Shown one piece after another: positions 29,604 to 39,506 of a stretch of 64,000 bases of DNA. The stretch spans positions 1,501 to 65,500 of the forward strand of contig JAQTQO010000001.1 in assembly GCA_028712155.1 (NCBI GenBank). The letters are read 5' to 3'. The notes under the pieces were generated by a model. It did not search any database. It saw only the letters and a list, made by a program, of their open reading frames with translations, and had not been told where the DNA came from. The stretch is from Patescibacteria group bacterium. Lineage in GTDB: Bacteria > Patescibacteriota > Patescibacteriia > Buchananbacterales > GWA2-38-13. A program made the translations under genes and the position numbers. Each line of letters begins with the position of its first letter. Within the stretch, counting starts at the first letter, position 1.

Positions 29604-30159
29604 GATCATGTACAGCTTCGTGGTGGAGGACGTGCTGAAGGGGTTTTTCATCCACGTACCGCCGGGTTACGTCGCGTGCGTGTACGACATGGGACGCGGG
29701 GTGTTGCGCAAGGTGTACGAACCGGGTCTCCATTTGAAAATTCCGTTCTGGCAGAAGGCTAAACTTTTCAATACCCAGACGCTGGAGTACAACATCAACC
29801 GTAACTTTGACCCGAACAAGCCGAAGCTGATGGGGGATCAGCCCGTGGTGTGCAAGGCTGTCGACGGACGGAGCATCAAACTGGAAGGCACCATTCTGCT
29901 GCGGCTGGACATCGACCGCATTCCGGAGATCTGGCAGTCGATCGGCGAGGAATTCGTGGAAAAGATCGTCCGGCCGACGGTGCGCAGCCGTTTGCGCCTG
30001 GTTGCTTCGCACCACTCAGGGTCCGAGCTGATTACGTCCAAGCGCGGTGCGATTGAAACCGAAGCCCAGCAGGAGCTGGAACGGGTTTTTCATCCGCGCG
30101 GCATTGTGGTGGAAAACGTACTCTTTTCGGAAATCGAAGACGGCGTGAAGACCGGCTGA
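29584..30159 (+). CDS. SPFH/band-7 (prohibitin/stomatin-like) domain protein
   Basis: Start at the internal ATG 29584 (MADSLDK…). SPFH core: …VPPGYVACVYDMGRGVLRKVYEPGLHLKIPF…. Confidence 0.65.
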   Translation: MADSLDKIMYSFVVEDVLKGFFIHVPPGYVACVYDMGRGVLRKVYEPGLHLKIPFWQKAKLFNTQTLEYNINRNFDPNKPKLMGDQPVVCKAVDGRSIKLEGTILLRLDIDRIPEIWQSIGEEFVEKIVRPTVRSRLRLVASHHSGSELITSKRGAIETEAQQELERVFHPRGIVVENVLFSEIEDGVKTG

Positions 30160-30178
30160 GGAACGAAAGGTAAACTAT

Positions 30179-30214
30179 AAAAAATGAGGGTCCCGCTTGG
30201 GCGGGACCCTTTTT
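30179..30214. terminator. Bidirectional intrinsic terminator between convergent genes
   Basis: AAAAAA-TGA-GGGTCCCGC-TTGG-GCGGGACCC-TTTTT. Confidence 0.75.
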
Positions 30215-30223
30215 GAAATGTGT

Positions 30224-31054
30224 CTACCTTCCGGGAACGAGAGCAGTGACGTGTTTCTCCTCAAGGGCACGCGCGGTCATCAGCTCGCAGCGCCAACCGA
30301 GCGTCAGGGCGCCGAAGTAGGCGAACTGCAGCTCTTCGAGAATGCAGTAGCTGACGAGAGACACCCGGAGCGGACAGTTACCGGCCTCCTTCATCTGCGT
30401 GAAGCGCTCGCTGATCGCCAGCAGCGTTCTCCTCAACGCCCGAAGCCGTACTAACAGGTGCGGACAGTATTGCGGAAGATCGGTACCGCGCACGAACGCC
30501 TTGGCCGCGTTGTTGAAGCGCCCGCGGAAGGCCTCCGGCGGATGACCGCGGTGCAGCAGGGCGAAGTTGAGGACTGCCGCCTCCAACAGGGAGAGAACCA
30601 CCTGGTCGAACTCCTCGTTCGGTTGGTGCAGGCCACGCTTCTCCAGGTGGCACACCAGTTCGAGTGCACCCAGTACGCACCCGAGCGTAAACGCCGTCGA
30701 ACAGTTCTTCTCGGCTTCGAAGTCATTGAGAGGAATTGCAGCGAACGGTACGCTGAGAATCTGCAGCCATTGCTGCGCGTAATCCGGACGAGACGCGCCG
30801 GTCGCCACGACGATCTTGGCAACCGTCTCCCATTCGTTGCCGGAGCAACACATGGGAAGGATCGCCTCCAGACAACGCGTGGCGTCGTCTTCTCCGATGA
30901 GCACGGCCGCCGGCTCAAGCAGGGCGGCATCCGGCTTGCTGCCAAACAGCACGGTGCTGATGGCGGTAAAACGTTCCGTTCTGTTCACGGGCGATCTCCT
31001 TTCAGAGATTCGGGCCTCGATAAAAGAACCATTGGCGCTTTCACGCCAATACAA
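30224..31054 (-). CDS. Hypothetical Cys-containing cytoplasmic protein, divergent from dnaB
   Basis: The 276-aa ORF has protein-like composition and is followed by the terminator at 30179-30214. The competing plus-strand ORF is Arg-rich and artefact-like. Confidence 0.5.
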   Translation of the reverse strand: MYWRESANGSFIEARISERRSPVNRTERFTAISTVLFGSKPDAALLEPAAVLIGEDDATRCLEAILPMCCSGNEWETVAKIVVATGASRPDYAQQWLQILSVPFAAIPLNDFEAEKNCSTAFTLGCVLGALELVCHLEKRGLHQPNEEFDQVVLSLLEAAVLNFALLHRGHPPEAFRGRFNNAAKAFVRGTDLPQYCPHLLVRLRALRRTLLAISERFTQMKEAGNCPLRVSLVSYCILEELQFAYFGALTLGWRCELMTARALEEKHVTALVPGR

Positions 31055-31211
31055 CCGGGGTGATGGTACGACTAAAATGCATCATTGTCAAGCATTGCTC
31101 ACCCAGTTTTTGAACATCTGGTAGAACAAAAAAATAGGTGGATATACTGTGATTCTCCATTCTTGCCGGAATGTATCCTTCCTGTTACAATACCACCGCT
31201 CACTCACGGAT

Positions 31212-32594
31212 ATGGCCACAGGAGAAACCCTGCAGGGGCGCGTGCCGCCGCAGAATCTTGAAGCCGAAGCATCATTGCTCGGCGCGCTTTTGATTGACCG
31301 CGACGCCATCATCAAGGTTTCCGATATCGTGCGGCCGGACGATTTCTATAAAGAGGCGCACGGCATCATTTTTTCGACGATGATCGAACTGTTCGAACAC
31401 CACGAACCGATCGATCTTTTGAACCTCGCGAACCGTCTGGAAGAAACCAAACGGCTCGAAGCGGTCGGTGGCCGGACGTACCTGACCAGCCTTGCCAATC
31501 TCGTGCCGACCTCCAGCCACGTGCGGTCGTACGCGACCATTGTCCAGCGCAAAGCGACGCTGCGGCGGCTGTTGAACGCCGCCGGTGAAATCGGCGAACT
31601 GGCGACACAGGAAACCGAGGACGTGACCACGCTCCTGGATTCGGCCGAACGCGCACTGTTTGGCATTTCGCACCGCTATTTGAAGCGGGCGTTCGTTCCC
31701 ATCCGCGAGGTGTTGACGGAGGCGTTCGACCGCATTGACGAGCTGCACCGCGAAAGCGGCAAGCTCCGCGGCGTTCCGACGGGATACCGCGACATCGACA
31801 ATAAACTGGCCGGCCTGCAGAATTCCGATCTCATTATTTTAGCGGCGCGGCCGTCCATGGGAAAAACCACGCTGGCGCTGGACATCGCCCGCCAGGTGGC
31901 GGTGAAAACCAAAACGCCTGTCGGCATTTTCTCACTGGAAATGTCCAAGGAGCAGGTCGTGGACCGGTTGCTGTGCGCGGAGGCCGGCGTAAACCTGTGG
32001 AAGATGCGCACCGGCATGCTGTCCGACCAGGGCGAGAACGACGATTTCACGCGCATCGGCCATGCCATGGGCGTGCTGTCCGAAGCGCCGATGTTCATTG
32101 ACGATTCGGCAACCGCCAACGTGATGGAAATCCGCACCAAGGCGCGGCGGCTGCAGACCGAGCACGGACTGGGACTGATGGTGATCGATTACCTCCAGCT
32201 GATGGAAGGCCGCGGCGCGGAGAACCGCGTGCAGGAAGTCTCCGATATTTCCCGCAACCTCAAGGCGATCGCCCGGGAGCTCAACATTCCTGTCATCGCC
32301 ATTTCGCAGCTGTCGCGCGGCGTCGAGTCGCGGGAAACGCACGTGCCGCGCCTCGCCGACCTGCGGGAATCCGGTTCCATCGAGCAGGATGCCGACGTGG
32401 TGATGTTCATCTATCGCGAAGCCATGTACTCACGCGACCTGCCGCCGGACCGCCAGCACCTTGCCGAGGTCATCATCGCCAAACACCGCAACGGCCCGAC
32501 CGGAAAGATCCCGCTGTTTTTCGACGAACACCGCGTGACGTTCAAGACGGTGGAAAAGCAGATTGCTGATGATGCGAGCAGCATGATCGAGTGA
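31212..32594 (+). CDS. dnaB: Replicative DNA helicase DnaB
   Basis: N-terminus …PPQNLEAEASLLGALL…, Walker A ARPSMGKTTLAL, and …VIDYLQLM…. Confidence 0.9.
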   Translation: MATGETLQGRVPPQNLEAEASLLGALLIDRDAIIKVSDIVRPDDFYKEAHGIIFSTMIELFEHHEPIDLLNLANRLEETKRLEAVGGRTYLTSLANLVPTSSHVRSYATIVQRKATLRRLLNAAGEIGELATQETEDVTTLLDSAERALFGISHRYLKRAFVPIREVLTEAFDRIDELHRESGKLRGVPTGYRDIDNKLAGLQNSDLIILAARPSMGKTTLALDIARQVAVKTKTPVGIFSLEMSKEQVVDRLLCAEAGVNLWKMRTGMLSDQGENDDFTRIGHAMGVLSEAPMFIDDSATANVMEIRTKARRLQTEHGLGLMVIDYLQLMEGRGAENRVQEVSDISRNLKAIARELNIPVIAISQLSRGVESRETHVPRLADLRESGSIEQDADVVMFIYREAMYSRDLPPDRQHLAEVIIAKHRNGPTGKIPLFFDEHRVTFKTVEKQIADDASSMIE

Positions 32595-32642
32595 TTCATT
32601 GCAGGACAACCATATTAATTATCGCGAACATACGACAAGCCT

Positions 32643-32936
32643 ATGAGCATGTTCAGTAAACTCAAGCAGTTCAAGGAACTGCGGAGCGCCGCAAAGTCAT
32701 TACAGCAGGAATTAGCCCAGGAGCAGGTGATCACGGAACGCAACGGCATCACCTTGACGTTCGACGGCAACCTCGACGTCAAAAGCTTGGTGCTGCCGCC
32801 GGGTATGAGTACCGACGAGCTGCAGCGCCGGCTGCCGGAAGTTATCAATCAGGCGATCGACAAGACTCAGCGGATGGCAGCCGAAAAAATCCGCAAGCGC
32901 GGCGGCCTTGAAGGGCTGGGCTTGGGCGGGAATTAG
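32643..32936 (+). CDS. ybaB: Nucleoid-associated protein YbaB/EbfC
   Basis: The 97-aa protein has the YbaB pattern (…LQQELAQEQVITERNGITLTFDGNLDVKSLVL…). Confidence 0.8.
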   Translation: MSMFSKLKQFKELRSAAKSLQQELAQEQVITERNGITLTFDGNLDVKSLVLPPGMSTDELQRRLPEVINQAIDKTQRMAAEKIRKRGGLEGLGLGGN

Positions 32937-32962
32937 TCACCGGCGGTTAGCAAACAAGTAGG

Positions 32963-33601
32963 GTGCTTGATTTGCGATTCATTTATTTTGTGCCGCATTA
33001 CCCGCGCTCAATTTTAGAGCTCATCGCGCAATTTACGCGGTTGCCCGGCATCGGGCCCAAGACCGCCGAGCGGTTGGCGTTGTATCTGGCCAGCCGTCCG
33101 CCGGCTGATGCCGATGCGTTGGCGCGGGCGGCGGCGGCGCTGCACGCGGAACTGGTCAAATGTAAAATCTGCGGCGATTACGCCGAAACCGATCCCTGCG
33201 GAATTTGCCGCGACCAGTCGCGCGACCCGGCGATTTTATGCGTCGTGGCAAAGCCCCAGGACCTGCTCGCGCTGGAGCGCACCGGAGAATTCCGCGGACG
33301 CTACCACGTGCTCGGCGGTACGGCCAACCCTCTCGAGGGGGTGACCCTGGAACATCTCAATGTGTCGGCCTTGCGCGACCGCATCAAACGCGACTCCGTG
33401 CGGGAGGTGATTTTGGCGTTTAACCCCGATGTCGCCGGCGAGCATACGGCGCTGGCGGTGCGCAATGTCCTCTCGGCGCTCGCGGTGTCGCCGCCGTTGA
33501 AAATCACCAAGCTCGCGCGCGGTCTGCCGCTGGGTTCCGATGTCGAGTATGCCGACGAGGTGACCTTGGGGCATGCGCTGCGCGGCCGCCGCCCGGTGTA
33601 G
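32963..33601 (+). CDS. recR: Recombination protein RecR
   Basis: HhH (LPGIGPKTAERLAL), a C4 zinc finger (CKICGDYAETDPCGICRD) and a Toprim domain. An alternative GTG start is possible near 32990. Confidence 0.85.
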   Translation: MLDLRFIYFVPHYPRSILELIAQFTRLPGIGPKTAERLALYLASRPPADADALARAAAALHAELVKCKICGDYAETDPCGICRDQSRDPAILCVVAKPQDLLALERTGEFRGRYHVLGGTANPLEGVTLEHLNVSALRDRIKRDSVREVILAFNPDVAGEHTALAVRNVLSALAVSPPLKITKLARGLPLGSDVEYADEVTLGHALRGRRPV

Positions 33602-33607
33602 ATCGGT

Positions 33608-35326
33608 ATGGAACACGCTGCCTCCCGCCCGCCGTGGTACCGGCAAAACGGAAATCTCCGTTGGTGGCTGGTGGCGCTGGTCATCGTGATCACGGCCGCC
33701 GGCGTGCGTCTGGTAAAACTCAACGACGACGAGGTGCGCACCGATGAGGGAAACTATGCCGTGCGCGCGATCGGGTGGAACGATTTCATGTTCTCCACGA
33801 CACTGGGGTCGGGTTGGGTCTGGCATCAGCAGGATGAGGTATTGCCGGCCTGGACACAGCTGAGTTTCAACGATCATCCGCCGCTCCACTTCGCGGCCAT
33901 CTGGTTGTCCACGCATTTGTTCGGCATCAATCTGTTTGCCGTCCGTTTGCCGTCGGCGCTCTACGGAGTCGGTGCCGTGCTTTTAGTCATGCTGATATTG
34001 CGGCGCTGGCGGCAACCGCAAGGAGCGCTGGTCGCCGGTGCAATCCTGGCGTTGCTGCCCTGGCACATTTTTATTTCCCGCCAGGCGATCCAGGAGTCCG
34101 GGGTTATTTTTTGGATTCTGGCGGCGTTGCTGGCTGCCGTCTACGTGGGAAATGACGCCCTGCCGAGGCGCCCACGCGCATTGGGGTGGGCAATGCTGGG
34201 CGCAACGCTGGGTTTGGGCCTGCTCACCAAGTACTCCGCAGCTATTGTGCTGGCGCCGCTCACGGTCATGGCAGTGCAGGGGCGCTGGTGGCGGCATCCC
34301 GAATTTTGGCTGGCGCCGCTAACGGTTTTGATTCTATTGAGTCCGGTGGTGTATTACAATCGGCGGGTGTATATCGAGCGCGGGCATTTCGACTTACAGC
34401 TGAGCCGTTTGCTCAAACAAGATACCCGCGGTGACTGGCCGGCAAGCAACCAGGGCATCTGGCAGGGCGATTGGCGCCAGGCGGGTAATTTTTTGCAGCA
34501 GCAGCTGGTCGGTTTGTCGTGGCCGGCCGCCGTACTGTTGCTGTGGGGAATCATTGCGCCGCGGCGCCGCCAGAACCTGCCGTCCGGGGCCGTGGCGGCC
34601 AGCTACGGCGCCGCTGCGATCGGGGCGATCCTTGCGCTCATTACGTTGAATGACTACGGGCGCGGTTCAATTCTCTTGCCTTTTTACGCCCTCGCAATAG
34701 GAATTTCTGCCCAAACGCTTCGCCCGTTCCTTTTGCGGACTGTTGCCGCAGTCACCGTCGGGGTGCTGGTTTTGGCGGCGTTCCCGACGTTTGCCAGTGA
34801 TACCGCGGTGCAATATCTGGTGAAAACTTTCCCTGCCAGTCCGGTCGGTTTTGCCAATTGGGAAGCGTGGCGGGCACAGAATATCCCGACGTCATTTGCC
34901 CCGGTACATTACGCCTCGTTGAAAAGTTGGTTGTACGGTCAGATTGAACGGACGGGAAACGGTGAGGCGCTGGTTGTCTATGATGATCGGATCGCATGGT
35001 TTCCGGCCAACTGGTATTTTTTTCGCTACGGTTTTTACAGCCAGAAAACCGTTTTCATGAACTCCGGCATTTTTTCATTCTTGTCAACGCAGCATGTGCT
35101 TGATCATCTGCGCGGCCGAAACATCCGGTTCATTGAAGTTGGCCAGGCGGCGGCCGACAGTAAAAATGTTTTGAACGAGCAAACCGCATTGACCGATAAA
35201 TTTTTCCGTACGCTCCGTACCAGCCAGCGGGTTAACCCCGTTATGGTCACCGGAGAAAACGGAGCAGAGATGCTGCGCGTGTGGGACGTCTACTGGGATC
35301 CGGCGGTTGCCTTTCCGGGCGGGTAG
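33608..35326 (+). CDS. Glycosyltransferase family 39 (ArnT/PMT-like polyprenol-phosphate-sugar dependent transferase)
   Basis: The 572-aa polytopic protein has an N-terminal DE…HPPL pattern typical of GT-C/GT39. Confidence 0.65.
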   Translation: MEHAASRPPWYRQNGNLRWWLVALVIVITAAGVRLVKLNDDEVRTDEGNYAVRAIGWNDFMFSTTLGSGWVWHQQDEVLPAWTQLSFNDHPPLHFAAIWLSTHLFGINLFAVRLPSALYGVGAVLLVMLILRRWRQPQGALVAGAILALLPWHIFISRQAIQESGVIFWILAALLAAVYVGNDALPRRPRALGWAMLGATLGLGLLTKYSAAIVLAPLTVMAVQGRWWRHPEFWLAPLTVLILLSPVVYYNRRVYIERGHFDLQLSRLLKQDTRGDWPASNQGIWQGDWRQAGNFLQQQLVGLSWPAAVLLLWGIIAPRRRQNLPSGAVAASYGAAAIGAILALITLNDYGRGSILLPFYALAIGISAQTLRPFLLRTVAAVTVGVLVLAAFPTFASDTAVQYLVKTFPASPVGFANWEAWRAQNIPTSFAPVHYASLKSWLYGQIERTGNGEALVVYDDRIAWFPANWYFFRYGFYSQKTVFMNSGIFSFLSTQHVLDHLRGRNIRFIEVGQAAADSKNVLNEQTALTDKFFRTLRTSQRVNPVMVTGENGAEMLRVWDVYWDPAVAFPGG

Positions 35327-35401
35327 CGGGGGAGACTTGCAAAAATTTTTACGGCTTGCTACGCTTGACTGCACATAGTCCGACGGTCCTCGGAGAGGGG
35401 A

Positions 35402-37096
35402 GTGCACCGTGCAACATCGGGAAATAGCATGACCACGCACACGAAAGTTCGCCTTGGAGTACTGGGGATTTTCATCGTAACTGCGGTTGCGGTGCTTTTT
35501 GATTTCCCGCGTTTAGGCACCGGTTTAACGTTGCCGCAGTGGTTTTTGAAACCTTTTCGTCTCGGTCTTGATCTGCGCGGCGGAGTGCAACTGGTCTACA
35601 GCGCCGACGTCAGCGCGATTCCGCCGGGTGAGGAGTCTAGCGCCCTGGATGGCGTGCGGGACGTGATTGAGCGCCGCGTGAATATCTTTGGCGTATCCGA
35701 GCCACTGGTGCAGACTTCGCGCAGCAGTTCGGACTGGCGCGTGATCGTTGAGCTGCCGGGGGTGACCGATGTTAAGGCGGCCGTGGACCTCATCAATGAA
35801 ACCCCGCGACTCGAGTTCAAGGAAGTTGATACCAATCCCACAACGACCCCGACGCTGTCGGAAGCGGAAATCAAGGCAAAAGCTGAGACCGTACTCAAAG
35901 ACGCCCTGAAACCGAAAGCGGATTTTGCCGCATTGGCAAAGGAGTATTCCGACGACGCCGGTAGCAAGGACCAGGGCGGTGATTTGGGTTGGAAGAAAGC
36001 CAGCGATTTGGTGCCGGAATTTTCGGCTGCGTGTTTCAAGGACGGAAAAGTCGGCGCTGTGTATCCCAAGCTGGTAAAAAGCGAATTCGGATATCACATT
36101 ATCAAAGTGGTGGAACGGCGGGGTACGGGCGACAGCCTTGAGGCGCATTGTCAGCATATCCTCCTGTCCACCGTGCCGCCCCCCGCACCGACGGGCATTG
36201 TCTGGAAGAACACAGGACTGAGCGGGTCGCAGCTCAAGCGGGCAACGGTATCGTTCGATCCGCAAACGGGCGAACCGCAGGTGAGCTTGGTGTTCAATAC
36301 GGAAGGCGGTAAACTGTTCGGCGATATAACGCGCCGCAATGTCGGCAAGCAGGTGGCCATTTTCCTCGACGGAGCGATCATCTCCAGCCCGGTCGTGCGC
36401 GAAGCGATTACCAGCGGCAGCGCGGTCATCAGCGGCAATTTTTCCATCGCCGAAGCCAAGCAACTCAAAGAGCGGCTCAACGCGGGAGCGCTGCCGGTGC
36501 CCATCACCATCATTTCGCAGCAAACCGTGGGTGCGACGCTCGGACAAGCAGCGGTCATCAAGAGTTTCCAGGCGTCCATCTTCGCGGCCATCCTCGTCGG
36601 GCTGTTCATGATTTTGATCTACCGTTGGCCCGGTCTGATCGCGACTCTCAGCCTGGCGGTCTACGGGCTGGTGATTTTGGCGCTGTTCAAGCTCATTCCC
36701 GTCACGCTGACGCTCGCCGGTATCTCCGGTTTCATCCTCGGTATGGGTATGGCGGTGGACGCCAACGTGCTGATCTATGAGCGCCTCAAGGAGGAGCTGC
36801 GCGGCGGCGGGACGTTGTCGCACGCGATAACGCTCAGCTACCGACGGGCCTGGCCGTCGATTCGCGACGGTAATCTGACGACGCTGCTCACGAGCGTCAT
36901 CCTGATGTGGTTTTCCACCAGCGTCATCAAAGGCTTTGCCATCACCCTGGCGATCGGCTTGCTGGTCAACTTCTTTTCCGCTATGGTGGTTTCCCATCTC
37001 CTGATGGCAATGCTGCAGCCGCGCCGGCACCCGGAACGATGGCTGTGGTGGTACTGCGTCTCACCCCGAGAAATTCGGACGGTAAAAGGCAAGTAA
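35402..37096 (+). CDS. secD: Protein translocase subunit SecD with an embedded parvulin (PpiC) PPIase domain in the periplasmic head region
   Basis: SecD P1 and TM core are present. A parvulin motif (…DQGGDLGWKKASDLVPEFSAACFKDGKVGAVYPKLVKSEFGYHIIKV…) is inserted between the P1-head segments. Confidence 0.75.
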   Translation: MHRATSGNSMTTHTKVRLGVLGIFIVTAVAVLFDFPRLGTGLTLPQWFLKPFRLGLDLRGGVQLVYSADVSAIPPGEESSALDGVRDVIERRVNIFGVSEPLVQTSRSSSDWRVIVELPGVTDVKAAVDLINETPRLEFKEVDTNPTTTPTLSEAEIKAKAETVLKDALKPKADFAALAKEYSDDAGSKDQGGDLGWKKASDLVPEFSAACFKDGKVGAVYPKLVKSEFGYHIIKVVERRGTGDSLEAHCQHILLSTVPPPAPTGIVWKNTGLSGSQLKRATVSFDPQTGEPQVSLVFNTEGGKLFGDITRRNVGKQVAIFLDGAIISSPVVREAITSGSAVISGNFSIAEAKQLKERLNAGALPVPITIISQQTVGATLGQAAVIKSFQASIFAAILVGLFMILIYRWPGLIATLSLAVYGLVILALFKLIPVTLTLAGISGFILGMGMAVDANVLIYERLKEELRGGGTLSHAITLSYRRAWPSIRDGNLTTLLTSVILMWFSTSVIKGFAITLAIGLLVNFFSAMVVSHLLMAMLQPRRHPERWLWWYCVSPREIRTVKGK

Positions 37097-37115
37097 CGCA
37101 TATTCTCTGGCACGT

Positions 37116-38018
37116 ATGTTCACGGTTATTCCGCATCGCAAGTGGTGGTACATATTCTCAACGCTTTTGGCGGTGGGGAGCATTATCGTGCTATTCACCT
37201 GGGGGCTGAAGCCGGGAATTGATTTTACCGGCGGGAGTTTACTCGAACTCGATTATCCGACCAGCACCCCGTCGCTGATCGATATCCGCAACACCGTGCA
37301 GCAGTCGACCGGGCAGACCGTCTCCACGGTCCAGTCGGTCGGCGAACGCGGGGTGGTCGTCCGTTTTCCCCACATCACAGAAGCGGCGCACCAGAAATTA
37401 CTGACGGATCTCAAGCAGATCGGGCCGGATGTCATCGAGCAGCGGTTTGATGCCATTGGTCCGACCATCGGAGCGGAACTGAAGCAAAAAACCGCGTGGG
37501 CGGTCGGATTGGCGGTGCTGGGGATGATCATCTACATCACGATCGCATTCTACAAGGTTACCCGGCCCGTGCCGTCGTGGCAGTACGGCAGCATCGCGAT
37601 CTTCTCACTGCTGCATGATCTGTTGATTACCGCCGGAGCATTCGCCGTCATCAGCCGTTTCTACGGCATGGAGGTGAACGCCTCTTTTGTCGCGGCCATG
37701 CTGACGGTGTTCGGGTATTCGGTGAACGATACCATCATTATTTTTGACCGGATCCGCGACAACCTGCAGCATCACCCGAACCCAAACTTTGCCGAACTGG
37801 TGGACACCAGTATCCGGCAGACGCTGTACCGCTCCACCAATACCGTTCTCACGGTGCTTTTGGCGCTCTTTGCCGTGCTGCTGTTCGGCGGGGAATCCAT
37901 CCGTGATTTCGCCGTCACGCTCATCGTCGGCATTACGCTGGGAACCTACTCGTCAATTTTTCTCGCCAGTCCGCTGCTGGTGGAAGCGCAGCGCATCCGG
38001 TTCGGCAAAAAGCGGTAG
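37116..38018 (+). CDS. secF: Protein translocase subunit SecF
   Basis: The 300-aa protein has the SecF fold pattern and six TM segments. Confidence 0.85.
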   Translation: MFTVIPHRKWWYIFSTLLAVGSIIVLFTWGLKPGIDFTGGSLLELDYPTSTPSLIDIRNTVQQSTGQTVSTVQSVGERGVVVRFPHITEAAHQKLLTDLKQIGPDVIEQRFDAIGPTIGAELKQKTAWAVGLAVLGMIIYITIAFYKVTRPVPSWQYGSIAIFSLLHDLLITAGAFAVISRFYGMEVNASFVAAMLTVFGYSVNDTIIIFDRIRDNLQHHPNPNFAELVDTSIRQTLYRSTNTVLTVLLALFAVLLFGGESIRDFAVTLIVGITLGTYSSIFLASPLLVEAQRIRFGKKR

Positions 38019-38037
38019 ACAACCGATGCGCCGGGCA

Positions 38038-38068
38038 AAAAATTCCGGTCCGCCGGAATTTTTTTTAT
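38038..38068 (+). terminator. Intrinsic terminator after secF
   Basis: AAAAAA-ATTCCGG-TCCG-CCGGAAT-TTTTTTT. Confidence 0.7.
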
Positions 38069-38169
38069 TGCGCGCAAATTCCTTGACCCGAAATTGATTT
38101 TATAGTGTGACTGAAAATTTTTTAGCATGCAGAAAATTTTGAGCAAGGGAATGAAAAACCGTGTCGGAG

Positions 38170-38198
38170 TTGACTATTCTTTGACTTTATGCTATATT
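38170..38198 (+). promoter_or_regulatory. Sigma70-like promoter in the AT-rich region upstream of the 38251 operon
   Basis: TTGACT at 38170-75, a 17-nt spacer, then TATATT at 38193-98. Confidence 0.45.
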
Positions 38199-38250
38199 TT
38201 CATTATTGGGATAAATGATATTGTTTTTTGGCTAAGATAAGTGGAATAAT

Positions 38251-39450
38251 ATGGCTCAACCAAAGTCAATTTTGGACAAAATCATCCAAAGTAAAAATAT
38301 TGAGGAAGCCAGTCAGTTCAACCCAACGGAAATCATTTCCGATCTGGTGAAAGAGCTGAATGCAAAGGAGCGCGAAGTACTGTCGCGCCGTTTTGGGCTG
38401 AATGGAGAGCCATTGCAGACGCTGGAGGAAATCGGCAAGAATTTTGAAATCACTCGCGAGCGCATCCGGCAAATTCAGGGTGCCGCGGTGCGTAAGGTTC
38501 GCGTGGCGGCCGAAGCGAAGCAGAGGCTGGCGGTGCTTGAGCACACGGTCACGCGACTTTTGCACGAACACGGCGGAATTGCCGAAGCGGAAACGTTTTA
38601 CCGGAATTTACTTTCCCATCTCGACGAATCCGCAACGCATCGTCAGGCGGCCATTTTCATCATCACCGAGCTTTTGCCGACGCATGTTGAACGGGTCCGG
38701 CAGAATGATCAATTCTATCACGGTTGGAAGCACCGGGTGCTGGATTTGGCGTTTGTTCAGCAAACGATTGACACGTTGCGCGGACTCATTGAGGGTCAGC
38801 AACGGTCGCTGAAATTTGACGACCTGATCACCTCGTTTAAGGGCCATGATTTCTACCTTGCCAACCGCGAACGTTTTGTTCCGGCCGGCATCACGATGGT
38901 GGAAAATGACGAGGAGGCGATCAACCGGGTATTGCTTTCGTATCTGACGATCAGCCGGCAGATCGAGCAGAATATCCTGGGTGAATGGGGGCTGAGTGAA
39001 TGGCCGACGATTCGTCCCCGCCGCATGGGCGACAAGATTTACCTCGTACTCAAACAGGGCGGTAAACCCCTGCATTTTACGGAAATCACCGAAGAAATTA
39101 ACCGGGCGAGCTTTGATCACAAGGTGGCGTACCCTGCGACGATCCACAATGAGCTCATTTTGGATGAGCGGTACGTCTTGGTCGGGCGTGGCATTTACGC
39201 TCTCCGCGAATGGGGCTACGAGCCAGGAACGGTTGGAGATGTTATTATGAAAGTGCTCACCGAGGCCGGTAAGCCGTTGACGCGCGACGAGATCGTCAAC
39301 GAAGTCAGCCGGCGCCGGTTTGTCCGGAAAAGTACGATTTACCTGGCGCTGACCAATCGCGAACATTTTGCGAAAATCGGCGACCGTTATCAGCTCAAGC
39401 CCGAAAATCAAGCGGTCGGCGTGCGCGCCGGTGCGAAAAAAACAAACTAA
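38251..39450 (+). CDS. Sigma-70 region-4-like HTH domain protein (no sigma region 2) with large C-terminal domain of unknown function
   Basis: N-terminus …EREVLSRRFGLNGEPLQTLEEIGKNFEITRERIRQIQGAAVRKV… (sigma70_r4 pattern). The remaining 300 aa are uncharacterized. Confidence 0.65.
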   Translation: MAQPKSILDKIIQSKNIEEASQFNPTEIISDLVKELNAKEREVLSRRFGLNGEPLQTLEEIGKNFEITRERIRQIQGAAVRKVRVAAEAKQRLAVLEHTVTRLLHEHGGIAEAETFYRNLLSHLDESATHRQAAIFIITELLPTHVERVRQNDQFYHGWKHRVLDLAFVQQTIDTLRGLIEGQQRSLKFDDLITSFKGHDFYLANRERFVPAGITMVENDEEAINRVLLSYLTISRQIEQNILGEWGLSEWPTIRPRRMGDKIYLVLKQGGKPLHFTEITEEINRASFDHKVAYPATIHNELILDERYVLVGRGIYALREWGYEPGTVGDVIMKVLTEAGKPLTRDEIVNEVSRRRFVRKSTIYLALTNREHFAKIGDRYQLKPENQAVGVRAGAKKTN

Positions 39451-39506
39451 ATACTTCCCAATCCGTCCGGTTTTTGGCGTGCGGGCGCGGTGCGGGGAGT
39501 GGCGTT

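Noticed and set aside
30458-31063. 201-aa plus-strand ORF opposite the 30224-31054 gene
   Set aside because: It is Arg-rich with antisense-like composition. The minus-strand ORF is followed by a perfect terminator and has protein-like composition.
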